NCBI RefSeq assembly: GCF_964355755.1
Contig: NC_092670.1
Location: 13,812,795 to 13,876,794 of the forward strand
DNA from: Antedon mediterranea
Lineage: Eukaryota; Animalia; Echinodermata
DNA: 64,000 nucleotides
Direction: 5' to 3'
Shown here: piece after piece, positions 1-11,505 of the stretch
Numbering within the stretch: the stretch's first letter is position 1
Layout of the letters: every line of letters begins with the position of its first letter
Made by a program: the position numbers and the translations under genes
Notes under the pieces: generated by a model
What the model saw: the letters and a program-made list of their open reading frames with translations, nothing else
What the model was told of the DNA's origin: nothing
Database searches by the model: none

Positions 1-1856
1 AACACTGAACTACTTCTTAAAATTCAAGGTAAAGACTGTGTTGCTATCGAAGTGCAATACCACCCTACTTGTTATAAGAACTTTACTCGGTATTTGGGTA
101 AGCCCAATGAAGCAAGTACTTCTCTGGACACAAAATATTCTGAAGCGTATGATGTATTTTGTACCACAGTAAAAACAAATATTATTGACAAAAAGGAAAT
201 TTACAGGCTGACAAAACTCAATCAATCAAACAGATAAAGACTTCCTAGATAAACAATTGCTTCATGAAGAAATGTACAATATAACTGATACAGGAACAGA
301 CACAGATGTGCCCAACGTTGAAGATCATCACAGACATAATACACCTTACACCATGAAAGAATGTAATGACAGTACCTCCAGAGACGCATCTGAAGATTCT
401 AGCAATTTCCCAAGACATTGTTTACCCCCTACCCCATTATTGTCAACGATTACTAATGACGAACAAGTTTATTTATAATGCACAGCATATTCAATTTTGA
501 AAAAATGTTAAATTCAGTTTTCTTATTTATTGTGTCTATAGGTTTAAGAAAACATTAGTTTGCATAAGATATCTTGTACTTTTGTGTTTAAAATTGAAAT
601 TTATAAGCTAATTTAGAAGAAATTGCATTTTTTATTAAAGGTCAGTGACCGTTTGACCTCTGAAGATGTCAATAAATGTTGAATTCATTTTTTAAAAGGT
701 ATATTACAATTAGGCAATCTATACACTACATACAGAAAAATGCAAATCTGTTAAAATTGTAAGTTATTCACAAAAATGTTACCCCCTACCCCATAATTGT
801 AAATGATTACAAATTACTAAAAACAACAAATTTCTTCATAATACTTAGCATATTCATTTTTTGTTAATCTTTAATTTCAATTTTCTTGTTTATTGGGTCT
901 ATATGTTTATGAAAACATCAGTTTCCATAATATCTATTGTATTTTTTTGTTAAAGTTAGAAAAAAATTCATTTTTTTATTAAAGTTCAATGACCTTCTGA
1001 CCTCTAATGTTGTCAATATTTGTTGGATTTATTTAGAAAAATATATTAGGCTTAAGCGGTCTATACACTACATTCTGATACCAAGAAAATGTAAATCTGT
1101 TCACTCAATCCCAAGTTATTAGCAAAAATGTTACCCCCAACCCAAAATTTTGTGTTGCATATTTTCCGTAGGCGGTGTTATATAATCTTAAAAAATGACT
1201 ATTAAGCTGTACAATTGGCATTGCTATCATGGATTTCTGAAAAGTAGACATGCTAAGCTTTCCAAAAATGTATGATAGCATTTGCCACCAATTTGATACT
1301 GAAAAAATGTCTGGCCCATGTCTGCTATGTATGTATAGATATACTTACATAGACAGTTTCATTATAATATGTGTTTTTGATGGTTCATGCTGTAATTACA
1401 GGGTAATTGGTTTATTTTATAGCTTTTAAAGTTCATTAATTGTATTTCTGATGCAAGAAAACATATAATTAGACATCAAAATCACAGAAATCTAATAATG
1501 TTTTCTGTATATTTTGCATATGATAAAGATAAAAGTTCGTTGACCTTTGAACATTTTTGGTGATAACACCCTCATGTACGATTTGATGCATACCAACCTA
1601 TATATTTTTGGATTCTTTGCATCCAGCCGAGTATTTTGATATATAATTTACCATAAATGGACTATTTTTCATATTTGACCTTAATTGACCTTAAAATTAG
1701 CCGTTCTCGCTAACGAACAAGTTTTGAGCTTGTGAAAAATAATATGTTGTTCGTATGATCCTAACTGCTCCATCATACAAAAAATTACGAAATCCCTAGG
1801 TGGTGGTCACGAAATCGAAAAACTAAGCATATAAAATGCCTATGGCCTGTTGTCTA
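1..1856 (+). mobile_element. Deleted DNA-transposon remnant (possibly Academ-like) in an intron of RLR paralog 1; left end outside window
   Basis: Frame 1-237 reads ...QGKDCVAIEVQYHPTCYKNFTRY..., resembling the D-x-x-A-x-E-x-x-Y-H-x-x-C-Y motif I recall from invertebrate transposase-like proteins. Internal ~360-bp duplication (about 420-800 vs 780-1140). Putative terminus ...GGCCTGTTGTCTA at 1856. The equivalent intron in paralog 2 is only 433 bp. Confidence 0.4.
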
Positions 1857-1954
1857 TATTGTTCTTCCTCTAATTATTGTTTTATAAATAAGATGTACGG
1901 TACCCTTTAAATCTTGCTCGTTTATATTACTGTGTCTGTTATTTATTATTTCAG

Positions 1955-3499
1955 ATGAAAAAATCAATATTCTTGTTGCCACTGACATAGCACAAGAAGG
2001 CCTGGATATGCCAGCGTGCAATGTTGTCATTCGGTACAACTTTGTCAGTAACGAAATTGGAACAGTACAGTCCAGAGGGCGGGCTAGGGCATCTGGCAAG
2101 TGTTATCTTATTGTTGAGAGGTCTGTATTGACTTTTTTCGATTTCTCCAATATATTGTTTAATAGTCTAGTCAATTACGTTTGTGTTGTTTGTTTTTTAA
2201 TTATACTATAAAAATATAATACTGTTACAGAGGATCACGTAATGAAAAACATGAATACGGAAATCGCGAAAAGGTAATAAGAATGAAAGAAGCCTTAGTT
2301 CAAGTTGATCACAAATCAAACGAGGAGTTTAACGAGGAAGTCCGTATTAGACAGGTAAATTAAATGTTTAACATCAAGAGAAAACCCAATTTTTAATTGA
2401 TTTAATGCCCGACTGTAAAGTGCGCCGTCTATACTCGTTCTGCTTATCGTCGCCACTATAATTGAACGCTTCTTTTTTGCATGACATGCCTTTCCATATT
2501 TTGGAAATTGCGGCTTTATTTTTGATTGACTGTTTTTTCTAACTCAAAAACGTTTTTAAACTGTAATTGAATAGTCAATGTTTCTGTTCTATTATTATTG
2601 TTAATGTCTTGTAAATTTTAGAATGAACTAATAAAGGAATATGAGGATGAATTGTCGAAAAAGAAAGAAACCCAGATGTTAGATCGAGCAAGTGATGTCG
2701 AGGTTCTTTGTAAGGAATGTTCGCAATTTTTTTGTTACGCATCAGATCTTCGTGAAAATGGCAGTAATATCACGTGTGTTCTACCAGAATTCAAAGAAAA
2801 GATTAGAGAGATTAAACAGGGGAAACAAGTATACAGAACTACGGATACTATAGGTAAATATAGTCTTTAAATTATAATTCTTAAAGTTGTAAAGTCAATT
2901 TCGTATTCTCCAGTAGTCTTTGATTATAAGTGGGCCTGCAGCCTAATTGAATTGTGACGTGAGAAATGAACAACCATGATGCAAAATACCTTTACGCGAC
3001 GTGATGGGTCTTTCCAAGCTGAATATTCAAATCGTTAATTATGTTTTAGTTCATAGGATCGGGGGATTGCCATACCTCCATACCAGTTTCACATCACAAG
3101 CCTCAACATTATAGAATGTGCGCTGAAGAATTAGTGGCACAAAGCATTATTGTCATTTTGATTTACCGTACGACTATACATCAACAAAGATATTTTACTT
3201 TCAACTCCATAACATACTTGTTGTTCTGTTTTAATCAGCATCGTGACGTTAACTAAATAATGTGGTTTACCCCTCTTTTTTTGTTCATAATTATTGCAGG
3301 TTACATAAAATGCGCCAAAGACAACTGCGGACAGCAGCTTGGCATTCTCATCACTTACAAAGGTATAACTGACGTCAAGGGATACGGTTTGAAAGCCCAA
3401 AGTCTTAAATTTCAAAATCCTAAGAAGGTTTTGAACTCAACGTGGACTCTAAAAAAATGGAAAAAGAGAACATTTAAAATCGAATTATGGGAACCTTAA
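1955..3499 (+). CDS. RIG-I-like receptor (RLR) DExD/H helicase, paralog 1, 3' part (Hel2 motifs V-VI, pincer, Zn-binding CTD); 5' exons lie upstream of window
   Basis: GT-AG exons 1955-2120, 2231-2354, 2622-2853 and 3300-3499 splice in frame. Motifs [19 protein letters not shown] and QSRGRAR; CTD Zn pairs CKEC and CAKDNC; ends KKWKKRTFKIELWEP-stop. Exon structure is identical to paralog 2. Confidence 0.9.
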
Positions 3500-3689
3500 G
3501 TAAGTAAGATATTTGGTTCCCTCTAAGGCGCGCAGCAAGTAATTTTATTAATTGCAAACACGTTCGGATGATTCGACTTAAACGTACGTGAATATATAGA
3601 TATAAACCGATTAATGTGAGGAATAATTTGACGCATGGATTGTGCCTTATTTTATTTTATTTTATTTGATAATGAATATAGTATAGAGA

Positions 3690-4440
3690 ATGTAGTTAAA
3701 TTGTGTGTGTAAATAATTATAGTTCTATACCACATGTCGCACGTGCAATTATAATTCGTGCTTGATATGTTGAGTTAGAATCGAATAATACCATTTGGCC
3801 TACTTTAAAACATTAAACTATATAGCTATGTTTTACGATTGGAATTAATTGATTAAATAATTACAATTGAATATTGAATGTATATATATAAATATTGTTC
3901 CAACATAAACAAAAATGTTAAAATATATTATTATTTATATTATTTATATTTATTATTTATGTGGTCACTTACGAGAAATGATCCTTTAAAAAAAGTTAAA
4001 TTGTGTGTAACTAATACCACATGTCGCACGTGCAATTATAATTTATGCTTGTTGATGTTGAGGTAGAATCAAATAATACCATTTGGCCTATACATACATT
4101 CAACTATAGCTATGTTTTACGATTGGAATTAATTGCTTAAATAATTACATTATATTGAATGATTGTATATTTTTAAAAATGAATAAAATTTTAGGAAAAA
4201 TTGTTTTGTATTTGTGTACTCGTCATTGAGTCGACGGGGTGTATCACAAACCGGTGATAGAGCTAAAGCAGTGCGGAGAATTCTGAAACATTTAAAATTT
4301 AACCAAGTACACCTATGGCGAAACTTTATAGTGTAAATATTGTTCCAACATAAAAAAAAACATGTTAAAATGTATTGTTATTATTTATATTGTTTATATG
4401 TATTATGTATCTGGTCACTCATGATGGTCTTTTGAAAAAG
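3690..4440. repeat. Local interleaved duplications downstream of RLR paralog 1
   Basis: GTTAAATTGTGTGT...TACCACATGTCGCACGTGCAATTATAATT...TATAGCTATGTTTTACGATTGGAATTAATTG occurs at ~3695-3880 and ~3995-4160. AAATATTGTTCCAACATAAA... occurs at ~3890 and ~4335. Confidence 0.75.
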
Positions 4441-5921
4441 GTAGTCGCTTATTAGTAATGGTCGATTATGAGAAGCGGCCCCTTAGGAGATGATGATATT
4501 TTAGGAGACAAAATGTATTATTTATTTATTTATTTTCATTCGTTTTATTTATTTTCGGTTAAGCCGACAACCATTAATGCTCAGAATTGATATGATATTC
4601 CGAAGAAACGATTGAAATTACTATTCTCTAGATAAGGTAATGTAAATGTGTGATTTGACAATACAAATATTAGATGTTAGTGTCTGTACTCTATTGAATT
4701 ATTCAACAAGACCCGTGCCCTACTTGCCCTAAATTGATCGGGCCTACTTTTGAACTGTGCTGGGTTGGGGGATAAGTTTTAAATGTAACTGTGTTAGCCC
4801 TAGGACAGACCTCGTGCACTCAATCTCACTTGTGTATAGAGGGTACGTTTGTTGACACGCTGATAGCCACATTAAGTGAATACACGCTCAACATCTGTTT
4901 TGTAGGGTACTTTTATTCAATTAGAGGACATATTGTATTACAGCATAAGAAATAATTTAGAATGTTTGGGTTATAATAATAATAATAATAATTTATTTGG
5001 ATCGACAGCTTTTAACAACACGCGTCATGCTTAGATGGTGCGTCGCGTCCATAATTAGTTAACAACAAGAGAAACAAAAAATAAATACAATAGACTTTGA
5101 TCGATCGGTATTCATAATTATGAATATTTATGACTTACATTACACAATATAATACAGTGTACTTAGAGTTGTTTCAACCCCTCAGAAGACGGCGTCGATG
5201 TGCAAAAAAGTCTGCAAGAATGAATGAACTTCGACGACGACGATTTTACATGGGCCTAAACTATTACCGAACGAATTACTAAAAGACGAATTTCATTATT
5301 CATGTGCATAAATGTTGTATTTTATTTTTTGTATTGTTATTTATTTATTTCATTCATGGTATAAAAAACAAACCAAAAACAGGACCGACGCAGCGGTAAG
5401 ATACATATATATATTTTTATTTTTGTTTTCCATAATTTCAGTTCGAAAACTGTATTGTTGTGATGATTTTGTATTATTGAAACATATTCAAACAACGAGT
5501 AGGGTTGAACACATTATTATTCTAATGACTTATTTCACTCTCATTTGATATTGTATTTACAGGATACATCACCATACACGTAGTAGATCTGGAATTTCCC
5601 AACATGGGTGATACCACTATATTGATGATGGTGGCTAAAAATACATGTTGTTTTATACAATATAATACGCTGTTTTTTGATAATATACTGTTTCATATCT
5701 GTATAATTTGACACTAAATACATAACGATATGTAAATTGATTATTAAACAAACTGCAATATACTATAGTTAGCTCGCAGTTTTACCTGTAGTTTAAATGC
5801 ATTGTTCCAAAGCTATGAATAGATTTTAGAAAAATACGACATGTTTTGTAGGCCTAGATGCAGTAATATTATTTCGTGTATATATAGGTGCATTGTGTAG
5901 GACGCTAAAATCAAATTAATT

Positions 5922-6204
5922 ATGGAAAAATCAACAAATAAGAGTGTTTCAGAATTCATAATGATTCTCGCTAGGATGAGTCGCGATTTGTCAGAAGAGG
6001 AAGTAAATAATATAAAGGAAATGTGCATTTTAAGTGGGTTTCTGTCAGAAAATGAGCAGCGGTCTCTACATAGTGCCCTTTCACTTTTCAGGACGTTATC
6101 GGAACAGGGTCATATCTCAGAGTCCAACACACGCAATCTAAAAGATTTATTTTCAGGTATTGGGCGAGAAGATCTGTACTCTAAGTATCTGGACTTCACC
6201 ACAG
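5922..6204 (+). CDS. Exon 1 of RLR paralog 2: death effector domain (DED)
   Basis: [25 protein letters not shown]...[35 protein letters not shown] matches the DED pattern (acidic residue in helix 2, LF..L...G.I...N, terminal RxDL motif). Phase-1 donor ACAG|GTAGG. Confidence 0.8.
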
Positions 6205-9200
6205 GTAGGCTCGTTTTGTTGTACTCTTCTAAAGCCTAATTACACATAATCATCGTACGAATTATAAATTAGTTAGGCATAGAGACAATAAACAGCAACC
6301 ACGGTTTCTTGTCTAATGCACTGTCTCCTCACCGTAGACCTATATATTACATCATGATAGTTTGTTTTTGCATGTGTTTGTTGGTTATCATTATTACAAT
6401 GACATATGGTATTTTTATTTATTAATTAACTTCATTCGATTTACGACGTTGTTTTTATCAGACAATCTAGCTAAACAGTTACAGCATCTTCCAACTGAAA
6501 GTGACGGCGGTATACATATCACCCAAGAATTATCTAGGCCTACTAGTATACATGATGATGAATCCATGCCTCATGGAGCCTCTCCGAAAAATGAGAAACA
6601 ATCGGATGCTCCAATCTATTTAGCTTCCGCCGTCAAAATGATTCCACCGAAATTACGTGATTATCAGAAAGAACTGGCGCAACCTGCATTAGAAGGAAAG
6701 AATACAATAATATGCGCTCCGACTGGATGTGGAAAGACCATAACTGCAGCTGAAATATGTAAACATCATCATGACAACCATCATGATCCAAAAAACTTTA
6801 AGGCTCTGTTCATTGTCAATATCCGTCATCTTACAAGTCAGCAGAGAAAAGCTTTTGAAACCCATTTTGACACGAGAGATCTTGGAACTCTGAATGAAAC
6901 TGAAACATTAACAGCAGTTTTAAAAAATAAAAAGGTTGTCATGATAACCGCCCAGATACTAGTCAACGCATTATCGAAAAAAGAGGTTGAACTATCATTC
7001 TTTGACATGCTTATTTTCGATGAATGCCATCACACAACTCTCAATCATTCATACAATAAGATCATGCGCAATTACCTCCTTAAAAAGAAGGAAGGATCAA
7101 GCCGTCTGCCGTTTATTCTTGGTCTAAGCGCTTCTCTCGGAGTTGGAAAAGACGGTGATGCAGCAAAGCATATCGTCACATTGTGTGCCAACATGGATGT
7201 CAATTGTGTTTCTTACGTTCGTATACATCTTCAAGATTTAGAAGACCACGTGCATATAACGGAAGACGACGAAGTAAGCATAGTAACTGTTAGTCCTCGC
7301 CCCGATGACGATGAATTCAAAAAGATAATTATAGGTATTATGGAGGAACAAGAAATGATGCATATTGAGAGTTCCTGTAAAGACAAAGGAAAGCAGCAGT
7401 ATGAAAGTTGGATCGTCCAGATCCAAACGGATGCCAAGATATTACGTAATCGTCCTAAAATCGTTATTGCTGATTATTTGCGAGCTTTTAATGACGCACT
7501 TATGTTGTACCACAACACCAGAGCCATCGATGCCATTGGACTCTTAGACGGCTACTTTAAGAGACGTTCTATTGCCAAAGAACACATTGCTCCTGAGGCT
7601 GATCTAAGAGAAGACTACGAACTGAACCATGAAAGCAAGTTAAGAGATATTGCTAAAAAAGAAAAAACAAAAGACAGCCCAATGCTTAAACAATTAACAG
7701 AACTTTTGCAGATGGTTTTTGACCGAAATCATGAATCAAAAGGTAACAACATTTACAATTTCTTTTCTCTTCTTTTTTTTTGTCTTGTCTAATTAATGTT
7801 GATATGATAATAATAATAATAATGCCATCTGCGACCACATGTGTATATTGTATACATTCATTATGACTTTTTACATAAGCTTACAATCTGATAATTATAT
7901 GTTTAGGAATAATCCTTTGCCGTACACGACACGTTGTGAGTAGTTTGATAGATTTTCTTGAACAAGAAGTGGCACTGAAGAAATACAACATCAAATCTGC
8001 CTCTCTGGTTGGGCAAGGCAATGCCGAGTACACAATGTCTGAAGCCGATCAGGCCAAGGTTTTGAAACGTTTCAAAGGTAAGATTTAACGATGAATGAAC
8101 AATATTCTGACATCAAATATTTACTGTATGTCAGAAGAAAACAGAAAAGCAATCCTGCAGTAGCATTGTACCGTTGTGTATTTTGTCTCACCCACGCTAA
8201 TGTTTGGACAACAAAGCCAGTCATTGGTTCACACATAATTATTCCCCGAATTTTACATTTCGTATCCAGATCCCTGCATACTAACTCCTAAATGCCAAGT
8301 AAACCATCTGACAAAATAATAAATGTATAGGTATATCAGTGATCGATTAGTTGTCCGGTAACCATATGTCTTGATATCATCCTATATTATTTCCTGCTGT
8401 TTTACAGACAGTTTTATTAATTTCAAATAAATGTACCTATACATTATATTATGTAAAGACTGCAACTTCATTAAACTAAACATGGCTATTATTTGTAATC
8501 ACTGTTACAGATGGAAAAATCAATATTCTCGTTGCAACGGACATAGCACAAGAGGGTCTTGATATGCCAGCTTGTAATGTTGTCATTCGGTACAATTTTG
8601 TCAGCAACGAAATTGGAACAGTACAGTCCAGAGGGCGGGCTAGGGCATCTGGCAAATGTTATCTCATTGTTGAAAGGTACCCGTCTGTATACAGTATTGG
8701 TTCTGTTTCTTTTTATTATCAGTTCTTACCCAGTCAGAAGAAGCTGTCTGGGTTATGTTTTCTTACTTTATTTTTGTTCTGATTTCTTTCTTTAACTTGC
8801 GATATTTTGAATGGATTTGGCATAGAACAGAAGTAACCAAAGAAGAAAACTGCCACTTGTCAGAATTCAAAATATAATTTCGTATTTAATTATGTTTAAC
8901 AATTTCTGTTGTTACAGGGAATCATGTAATGAGGAACGTGAGCACCAAAATCACGAAAAGGTAAAACGAATGAAAGAAGCTTTAGTTGATTTGGATCGAA
9001 AATCCGAAAAGGAGTTTAACGACGAAGTCCTTAAAAGACAGGTTTGACTTACCATATTTGTGGTTAGAACAAGTTAAAGTGATCATGTCAATGTTCGTTA
9101 ATCTCAAACGGACATTATTTGTTGATGATTAATCATTGATTTTAAATTAAATTCGATGGTAACAAATATAACACAAACTAATTTTTGTTTTATTCATACT

Positions 9201-10015
9201 TCGATGAATTGCAATGAGTAACCGACTCGGATTATGGAATACCCAAAAAATATTGTATTTTAGTCTACTTTTCATTCTCTATTCTTTTCAAGAGTTATCC
9301 TAGTAATAATTGTATAAATCACATTGTTTATTAATATATTTCAAATAGTTAATATACTGTATTTGAAATTTTAGAAAGAACTGATACACAATGAGGCTGA
9401 ATTATTTAAAAAGAAACAAAAACGGATGACCGATCAAGCAAGTGATGTCAGGGTGCTCTGTAAAGAATGTTTACAATTCTTATGTTACGCATCAGACCTT
9501 CTTCAAACTAAAGATGGACATATCACATGTGTTTCACCACAATTTAAGGACAAAATTACCACCACAAACTATCAGAGGAAACGAGTACACAGAACTACGG
9601 ACGACATTGGTAATTATTAGTTGGTAATTATTTTCTTTAAATGAAACATTCACACTCGTCAACAAAAACGAGTAGGCCTATACGTGTAAGACGATTTTAA
9701 CTTTAAAAAAACGCATGGAAAATACACACAAACAGATCAAAACTGTATGAATTGAGTTGTAATCTATTAATCCGAAACCTTTTGTACTGAAATGTTTGCT
9801 CTTGTTATATCACAGGTTCTATCAAATGCGGTAAAAAAGACTGCGCAAATAAACTTGGAAATCTCATCAATTACAAAGGTACCACTGACGTCAAGGGATA
9901 CGGGTTGAAAGTCGATAGCCTTATATTTGAAAATCCCAACAGAAGTGTATGTAAAACATGGCATTTAACAAAATGGAAAAAGAGAACATTTGAAATCAAA
10001 ATAGGGGAGCCTTAG
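5922..10015 (+). CDS. RIG-I-like receptor (RIG-I/MDA5/LGP2 family) with N-terminal death effector domain, paralog 2, ~819 aa
   Basis: Exons 5922-6204, 6462-7742, 7907-8077, 8511-8676, 8918-9041, 9375-9609 and 9816-10015 total 2460 nt in frame. Q motif LRDYQKE, Walker [44 protein letters not shown]; CTD CKEC...CGKKDC. Confidence 0.92.
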
Positions 10016-10112
10016 TCCGCTCTACTTCTATGGCGTTTGTCACTTGGTGGTGGGAGAGTAGGCAAAAGCCTGTTCTATGTGAATTTGTTCACGGGAATCG
10101 AAAGTATCAGCT

Positions 10113-10560
10113 TATTTTTTTATTTTTTTTATTTTTTTTATTTTATTCAATCAAAACCAACAGCGATAAATACCGCCACTAACAGGTTTGAAACATAAAA
10201 CAATACAACATCAAAAACGGTTAACAATAAAATACAGATAAAATATATATATATATATATAAAACATAGATCGGCATGCCATAAACAATTTCGATTAAAA
10301 CAGGTTATGCAGGCTGTTCAAGAAGTGAACACATAATCGTCCTCTTAAAATAACCAAGTCTATCATTAAAAATATCGATATGATTGCTATTTAGATTATT
10401 AAATGTATAAAGTAGTCTATGAAAAAGTCCCCTCTTAGTACAGTCGACACGGCTAAAAGAAATATGCAATAAATGTCTATTTCGTGTACGATCAGGAACA
10501 TTTAAACTAAATAGTGAAATTAATGAACAGTCATATTTAGAATTTAAAATATTATATAAG
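10113..10560 (-). mobile_element. 5'-truncated CR1-group non-LTR retrotransposon 3' end
   Basis: Minus strand reads LYNILNSKYDCSLISLFSLNVPDRTRNRHLL...LFHRLLYTFNNLNSNHIDIF...FKR-stop, typical of CR1-type ORF2 C-termini, followed by a 3' UTR and an (A)nT tail at 10113-10145. Confidence 0.7.
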
Positions 10561-10994
10561 TCTATTCATCTTCAAAATCCCTTTCTGTGACTAACTCTGG
10601 TTCCTTGCTCTACAAATCGGGGCTCAGGAGATGAATCATGACTTCGTTCATAAGCACGTGAACCGAAAAACTCGACAGACACGCGATGGAAATGAAAATT
10701 GCAGCTATCGCTTTTGTAATAGAAAGGGTAGTGCAATTTTCTTTTGTCGTCTGCGAAACATTGGACATGTGCGAATATATTCGCCTAGTGGAAAACAGAC
10801 TTGATTTGATAAGACACGTCCGAGTGAATTATTATTAAATTAAAAGGCGTTGTTTAAGTCTTCTGACCAGTTAGAATTAACTGTAAATTAAGTAATATAG
10901 GCCTATTAGAACGGCCGATATAAGCCTAGGAAATGTTTAGCAAAGTAGCAAATAATGAACATAATTTTATTTTATGTCTTTAGGATTACCAATA

Positions 10995-11505
10995 GTGAAT
11001 TAATCACTGTCCTATCAGATAGGTGGTAATCCCCCTGATACAGGGCTATTTTGTGAACCAGTTCACCGGAGTGACCCCCTACTCTTTTCGAATAATGAAC
11101 TGGGTTCTTTAAAGTGCACACAGGTTATAACTCATAATAACATTTATTTCTTATCATTTCAAAGTAAACAAAATAACAATTTAAATATAAATAATTAAGA
11201 GGCAACACCCAGAAAGTAATAACATTTGGAGGTTTCCCTCCAAAAAAACTTGTGACGGGTAGCCAGTTAAGAAATTGTAGTCATATTGGAGTTTAAACAA
11301 ACAGAAACAAAACAAGACAAACAGACATGTAAAGCAAGACAACGACAAATGTGTACACTGGACCTACGGCTTATAGTCTTTATCCGAGAAGACTTGTTGC
11401 ACCATCAGAACTAGGAGTGAGTCGGCCTCGAACTCTTGCCGATGTTGTTGGCTCTTTAGGTACGGTAAACGGCACCCCTGCCTTAACCGCTCGGCCATTT
11501 GACTC
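10995..11505 (-). mobile_element. tRNA-derived SINE (Deu/Nin-domain-like) interrupted by a LINE-tail insertion
   Basis: Minus strand has A box TGGCCGAGCGGTTAAGGC and B box GAGTTCGAGGCC, then body GGATAAAGACTATAAGCCGTAGGTCC...GCACTTTAAAGAACCC. The 11134-11350 insert recurs at 37398-37535. Confidence 0.7.

Noticed and set aside
5922-10015. Dicer or FANCM assignment, or a specific RIGI/IFIH1/DHX58 symbol
   Set aside because: The protein ends in an RLR-type Zn CTD with no PAZ/RNase III. Orthology to individual vertebrate RLRs cannot be judged without a tree.
11425-11505. tRNA gene
   Set aside because: A and B boxes are present, but there is no cloverleaf and the sequence continues into a SINE body.
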